Assembly (NCBI GenBank): GCA_028818695.1
Contig: JAPPNK010000020.1
Location: 64,632-128,631 of the forward strand
Origin: Candidatus Poribacteria bacterium
Lineage (GTDB): Bacteria; Poribacteria; WGA-4E; GCA-2687025
Direction of reading: 5' to 3'
Length of the DNA stretch: 64,000 bases
In this document: positions 61,146-64,000 of the stretch, piece after piece
Numbering within the stretch: the stretch's first letter is position 1
How the letters are laid out: every line of letters begins with the position of its first letter
The notes under the pieces: model-generated
The model's database searches: none
Told to the model about the DNA's origin: nothing
The model's input: the letters and a program-made list of their open reading frames with translations, nothing else
Translations under genes and position numbers: made by a program

Positions 61146-62189
61146 CTAGCGGAGATCGGCGGCTTCAAATTCAGCCCAGCGCTCTCGTATCTGCGCCGGC
61201 GAGGCGGTTCCTGTTGTTCCGATCTGCTGAACGACGATCGACGCGGCGATGTTGCCGAGCTCCGCCGCCTCATGCATCAACGCGCCGCAGCAGAGCGCCG
61301 ACGCGATCGCCGACGACGCGCTGTCGCCCGCCCCTACAATATCGATCTCCCCCGTCAACCGCATCGCCGGGCTGACGCGGAAGCGCATGCCGTCGTACGT
61401 CAAGACGCCCTCTTCGCCCATCGTCACAAAGAGCGGTTTGCCTGTGCGCTGCGCGAGCGTCTCTGCGCACTCCTTGACCGCCGCGGCCGAAGGCTCTCCG
61501 CCGCTCCAGTCTGGATAGACGGCGCGGACTGCCTCATGCCGGTTCGGCTTGATGTAAATGCCGCGGTATTGTCCAATGCGTTCGCGGCTGTCGCCGATAA
61601 AGATCGTTTCAGGATAGGCGCGGGCGAGCGCGGCGATCTCGGCGCGCGCCTTGTCCGTCACAACGCCGCAATTCGGCTCCGAGACCTGGTCCATAACGAC
61701 AACGGCGTCGGCGGACGCAACGGCTCCCCGCAGCCGCTCAATGAGCTCCCCCTCCACTTCGGGCGGCGTCGGCGCGCGGTTCTTGATGTCCTGGCGGTTC
61801 ATCTCCGTTTCCGAGCCGTCTTCCGAAAGGCGCATCGGCTTTGTGTAGGTCGGCGTCATGCGCTTCGGCGTTTCCACAAGATATTCTGTTGAGACGTTGA
61901 TTCCGTTCAGCCCGCGCTTCAGTTCATAACCTTCCCCGTCCCGACCGATGATTCCGACAGCAAGGACGGTTCCAACGCCGAGAGCGCTCAGGTTGGCGGC
62001 GATGGTGCCGGCGGCACCGGGAGAGAGCCGCTTCGAGACGACCTGATGCGCTGTTAAGCCTGTTTCGATGGACGGCTCGTCCAAAGACGGGTCAATGATG
62101 AGGTACTTGTCGAGAAAAAAGTCGCCGACAACCGCGATCGTCTTGCGCGGAAGGCGCGTCAGAATGCGCTCCAAGAGTTCTCTTTTCAT
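61146..62189 (-). CDS. PfkB-family sugar/sugar-phosphate kinase (HldE kinase-domain-like)
   Basis: 347 aa; N-terminal VGDFFLDKY and C-terminal DIVGAGD motifs of the ribokinase/PfkB superfamily. Confidence 0.75.
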   Translation of the reverse strand: MKRELLERILTRLPRKTIAVVGDFFLDKYLIIDPSLDEPSIETGLTAHQVVSKRLSPGAAGTIAANLSALGVGTVLAVGIIGRDGEGYELKRGLNGINVSTEYLVETPKRMTPTYTKPMRLSEDGSETEMNRQDIKNRAPTPPEVEGELIERLRGAVASADAVVVMDQVSEPNCGVVTDKARAEIAALARAYPETIFIGDSRERIGQYRGIYIKPNRHEAVRAVYPDWSGGEPSAAAVKECAETLAQRTGKPLFVTMGEEGVLTYDGMRFRVSPAMRLTGEIDIVGAGDSASSAIASALCCGALMHEAAELGNIAASIVVQQIGTTGTASPAQIRERWAEFEAADLR

Positions 62190-62193
62190 GCGG

Positions 62194-63330
62194 TTAGACG
62201 AATCTGCCGCAGAAATGGCAGACGCGCCGAAGCGTCGCCAGGCCGACCGTCTCCGTCAGCGCGGGGACGTCCGGCTCATGCGCCGAGACGCATGTTTTGG
62301 ATCGGCAGACAGGGGCGGCATGCGTTTGCGCCTCCGTCTTTTTGGGTTCAAACGGGTTGCTCGGCGCCCTGCCGAGAGCCAGCGCCAGCAGCGCCATTCG
62401 CACCGGCACGCCGTTTGAGGACTGCTCAAAATAGACAGCGCGCGGGTCGTCGTCCAGCTCGCGCGCCAGCTCGTCCACGCGCGGAAGCGGATGCAGCGCC
62501 AAGCAGGTCGGCTTCGCCCGCGCAATCAGCGCCGCGTCAATGCGGTATTGACTCGCAATCCGCTGTATCTCCTCGGCGTCCAGATCGTCCGGCAGCCGTT
62601 CTTTTTGAAGGCGGTTCACATACAGAGCATCCAGGTCTTCAATCACATGCCCAGGATGGCGCGCGCGAGACACCTTCGCGCCGTACTGCTGATCTAGACG
62701 CCACATTTCCTCTTCAGGAAGCTCAAGACCTTCCGGGGCGATCAGAACGATGTTGACGTCAAACGCCGCCAAGCCGTACACCAGCGAATGCGCCGCCCGC
62801 CCAAAACGAAGATCGCCGCAAACCCCTACCGTCATTCCCGACAGATTTTCCCGCGCCTTCCAGAGCGTGTAGAGGTCGGTCAAGGTCTGCGTCGGATGCT
62901 GATTTGCGTTGTCGCCCGCGTTGATGACCGGTACGGTTGAATGCAGCGCCGCGAGCCGCGCCGCGCCCGCCCAAAAATGCCGGATGACCAGCACATCCGC
63001 GTAGTTGCAGAGCATATGAATCGTGTCGGCGAGCGTCTCTTTTTTGGCAAACGAGGTAGAATTTGGGTCGGCGAATCCCAGCACATTGCCGCCTAATCTG
63101 AACATGGCGCTCTCAAACGAAAGGCGCGTTCGCGTGCTGGGTTCATAAAACATCGCGCCCAAAATGCGCCCTTTGCACAGGTCGGAACCCATCTCGCGCA
63201 TGATCTCCATATCGCGGGCAAGCTCAAAAAAGCGGAGCATCTCCGCGCGGGTCAGGTCCTCAATGCGTATAAAGTTCTCCACAACGGCTCTCCAGAGACT
63301 GCGCCTGCTGTTTAAACGAGTCGCGCGCAT
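62194..63330 (-). CDS. pyrB: Aspartate carbamoyltransferase catalytic chain with fused C-terminal PyrI-type zinc domain
   Basis: STRTR, HPTQ and HPLP motifs; C-terminal 55 aa extension with C-x4-C-x23-C-x2-C spacing and CVSAHEP block resembling the PyrI zinc domain (CISHAEP). Confidence 0.85.
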   Translation of the reverse strand: MRATRLNSRRSLWRAVVENFIRIEDLTRAEMLRFFELARDMEIMREMGSDLCKGRILGAMFYEPSTRTRLSFESAMFRLGGNVLGFADPNSTSFAKKETLADTIHMLCNYADVLVIRHFWAGAARLAALHSTVPVINAGDNANQHPTQTLTDLYTLWKARENLSGMTVGVCGDLRFGRAAHSLVYGLAAFDVNIVLIAPEGLELPEEEMWRLDQQYGAKVSRARHPGHVIEDLDALYVNRLQKERLPDDLDAEEIQRIASQYRIDAALIARAKPTCLALHPLPRVDELARELDDDPRAVYFEQSSNGVPVRMALLALALGRAPSNPFEPKKTEAQTHAAPVCRSKTCVSAHEPDVPALTETVGLATLRRVCHFCGRFV

Positions 63331-63409
63331 GCTTCAGTTTCAGGAAATGGAGCGGGCGCTTGAGCTGGGTTGGAGGACTCTAAACGCGAACGGTTTCGGC
63401 GTCTCTCCT

Positions 63410-63433
63410 CTGGATTCCCGCGGGAAAGACCCG
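63410..63433. repeat. Truncated palindromic repeat unit CTGGATTCCCGCGGGAAAGACCCG
   Basis: Partial ATTCCCGCG / GGGAA inverted repeat in the pyrB / glycosyltransferase divergent intergenic region. Confidence 0.4.
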
Positions 63434-63488
63434 CTTCAACGACGGCGGCAATGCGGCTATACTGAACGGACGCGCAGGAGCGGACGAT

Positions 63489-64000
63489 ATGAAACGCTTA
63501 CATAAAATGCCGGCGTTCTGGATTCTCATTGCGGCAGCCGCGCTGTACGCCCCTCTCGTCGTTCCGTATTGGAAGCCGACATGGGACAGCGGGACGTATA
63601 TCACGCTTGCGCAGTCGCTCGCCGAGGGGAAGGGTTACTCGTATTTGGGCGATCCGCATGTGAAATACCCGCCGGGATTTCCGCTGCTGTTGATGCCGAT
63701 TTTGTTTCTTTTCGGGAAAAATTATCTGCTCATGCGCGCGCTCATCGCGGCATGCGCCGTCGGGTCCATCGCGGCCGCGTTTTCTCTCATACGCAAAAGC
63801 GCCTCTTTCGGATTCGCGCTTGCGGCCGCTGTTATGACTGCCGTCTGTTACGCCATGTATTTTGAGGCGACGCGCGTCCTGTCAGATTTGCCGTATATGT
63901 TCGCTTCGCTGGGCGCGCTGCTGGCGATGGAACGGTACCGTTCCGAACCGAGCCGGCGCATGTTCTGGACGGCGGTTGCTCTCGCCGCCGCCAGCTATTC
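63489..64000 (+). CDS. Membrane glycosyltransferase, GT39/ArnT-like (PMT family), N-terminal part only (runs off the window end)
   Basis: ATG at about 63489; MKRLHKMPAFWILIAAAALYAPLVV...GKGYSYLGDPHVKYPPGFPLLLMPI matches the N-terminal pattern of ArnT/PMT-type transferases; no stop in window. Confidence 0.6.
   Translation, partial: MKRLHKMPAFWILIAAAALYAPLVVPYWKPTWDSGTYITLAQSLAEGKGYSYLGDPHVKYPPGFPLLLMPILFLFGKNYLLMRALIAACAVGSIAAAFSLIRKSASFGFALAAAVMTAVCYAMYFEATRVLSDLPYMFASLGALLAMERYRSEPSRRMFWTAVALAAASY

Overview
GC-rich bacterial chromosomal window (roughly 60-65% GC by eye, frequent GTG/TTG starts, phylum not determinable from sequence alone). Most of it is housekeeping: tRNA-Leu(UAG) followed by tig-clpP-clpX; rlmN, hemW, lepB, lepA, a glycosyltransferase and secA on the minus strand; dapA; smc; a sufBCDSU cluster with an embedded sulfite-oxidase-family molybdoenzyme and a DUF59 gene; pyrB; an NfeD/flotillin operon; and an ABC/FtsX transporter. 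Two compositionally atypical defence-type insertions stand out. (1) At 1-1206 a lower-GC EcoRV-family Type II restriction-modification cassette, with the endonuclease upstream of a Dam/M.EcoRV-like methyltransferase and an ATGA start/stop overlap, sits directly after a native phytanoyl-CoA dioxygenase gene. (2) At 6951-9845 a beta-class DNA methyltransferase fused to a C-terminal Mrr-like nuclease domain is followed on the same strand by a strongly AT-rich gene (about 35% GC in a sampled line) for a SIR2-like protein that is interrupted by a frameshift at a T7/A7 homopolymer. I consider (2) the best candidate for an undescribed or poorly described defence module (methyltransferase plus SIR2 effector, possibly phase-variable or decaying). 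The window also carries a family of intergenic palindromic repeats (ATTCCCGCG-N-CGCGGGAAT core) and two copies of a roughly 150-180 bp MITE-like element with terminal inverted repeats, and a pyrB with a fused PyrI-type zinc domain. No CRISPR array, integrase, transposase or rRNA was seen. All calls rest on reading the translations and the DNA by eye and on recalled family motifs; no database search was run, and hand-derived coordinates may be off by 1-2 nt.
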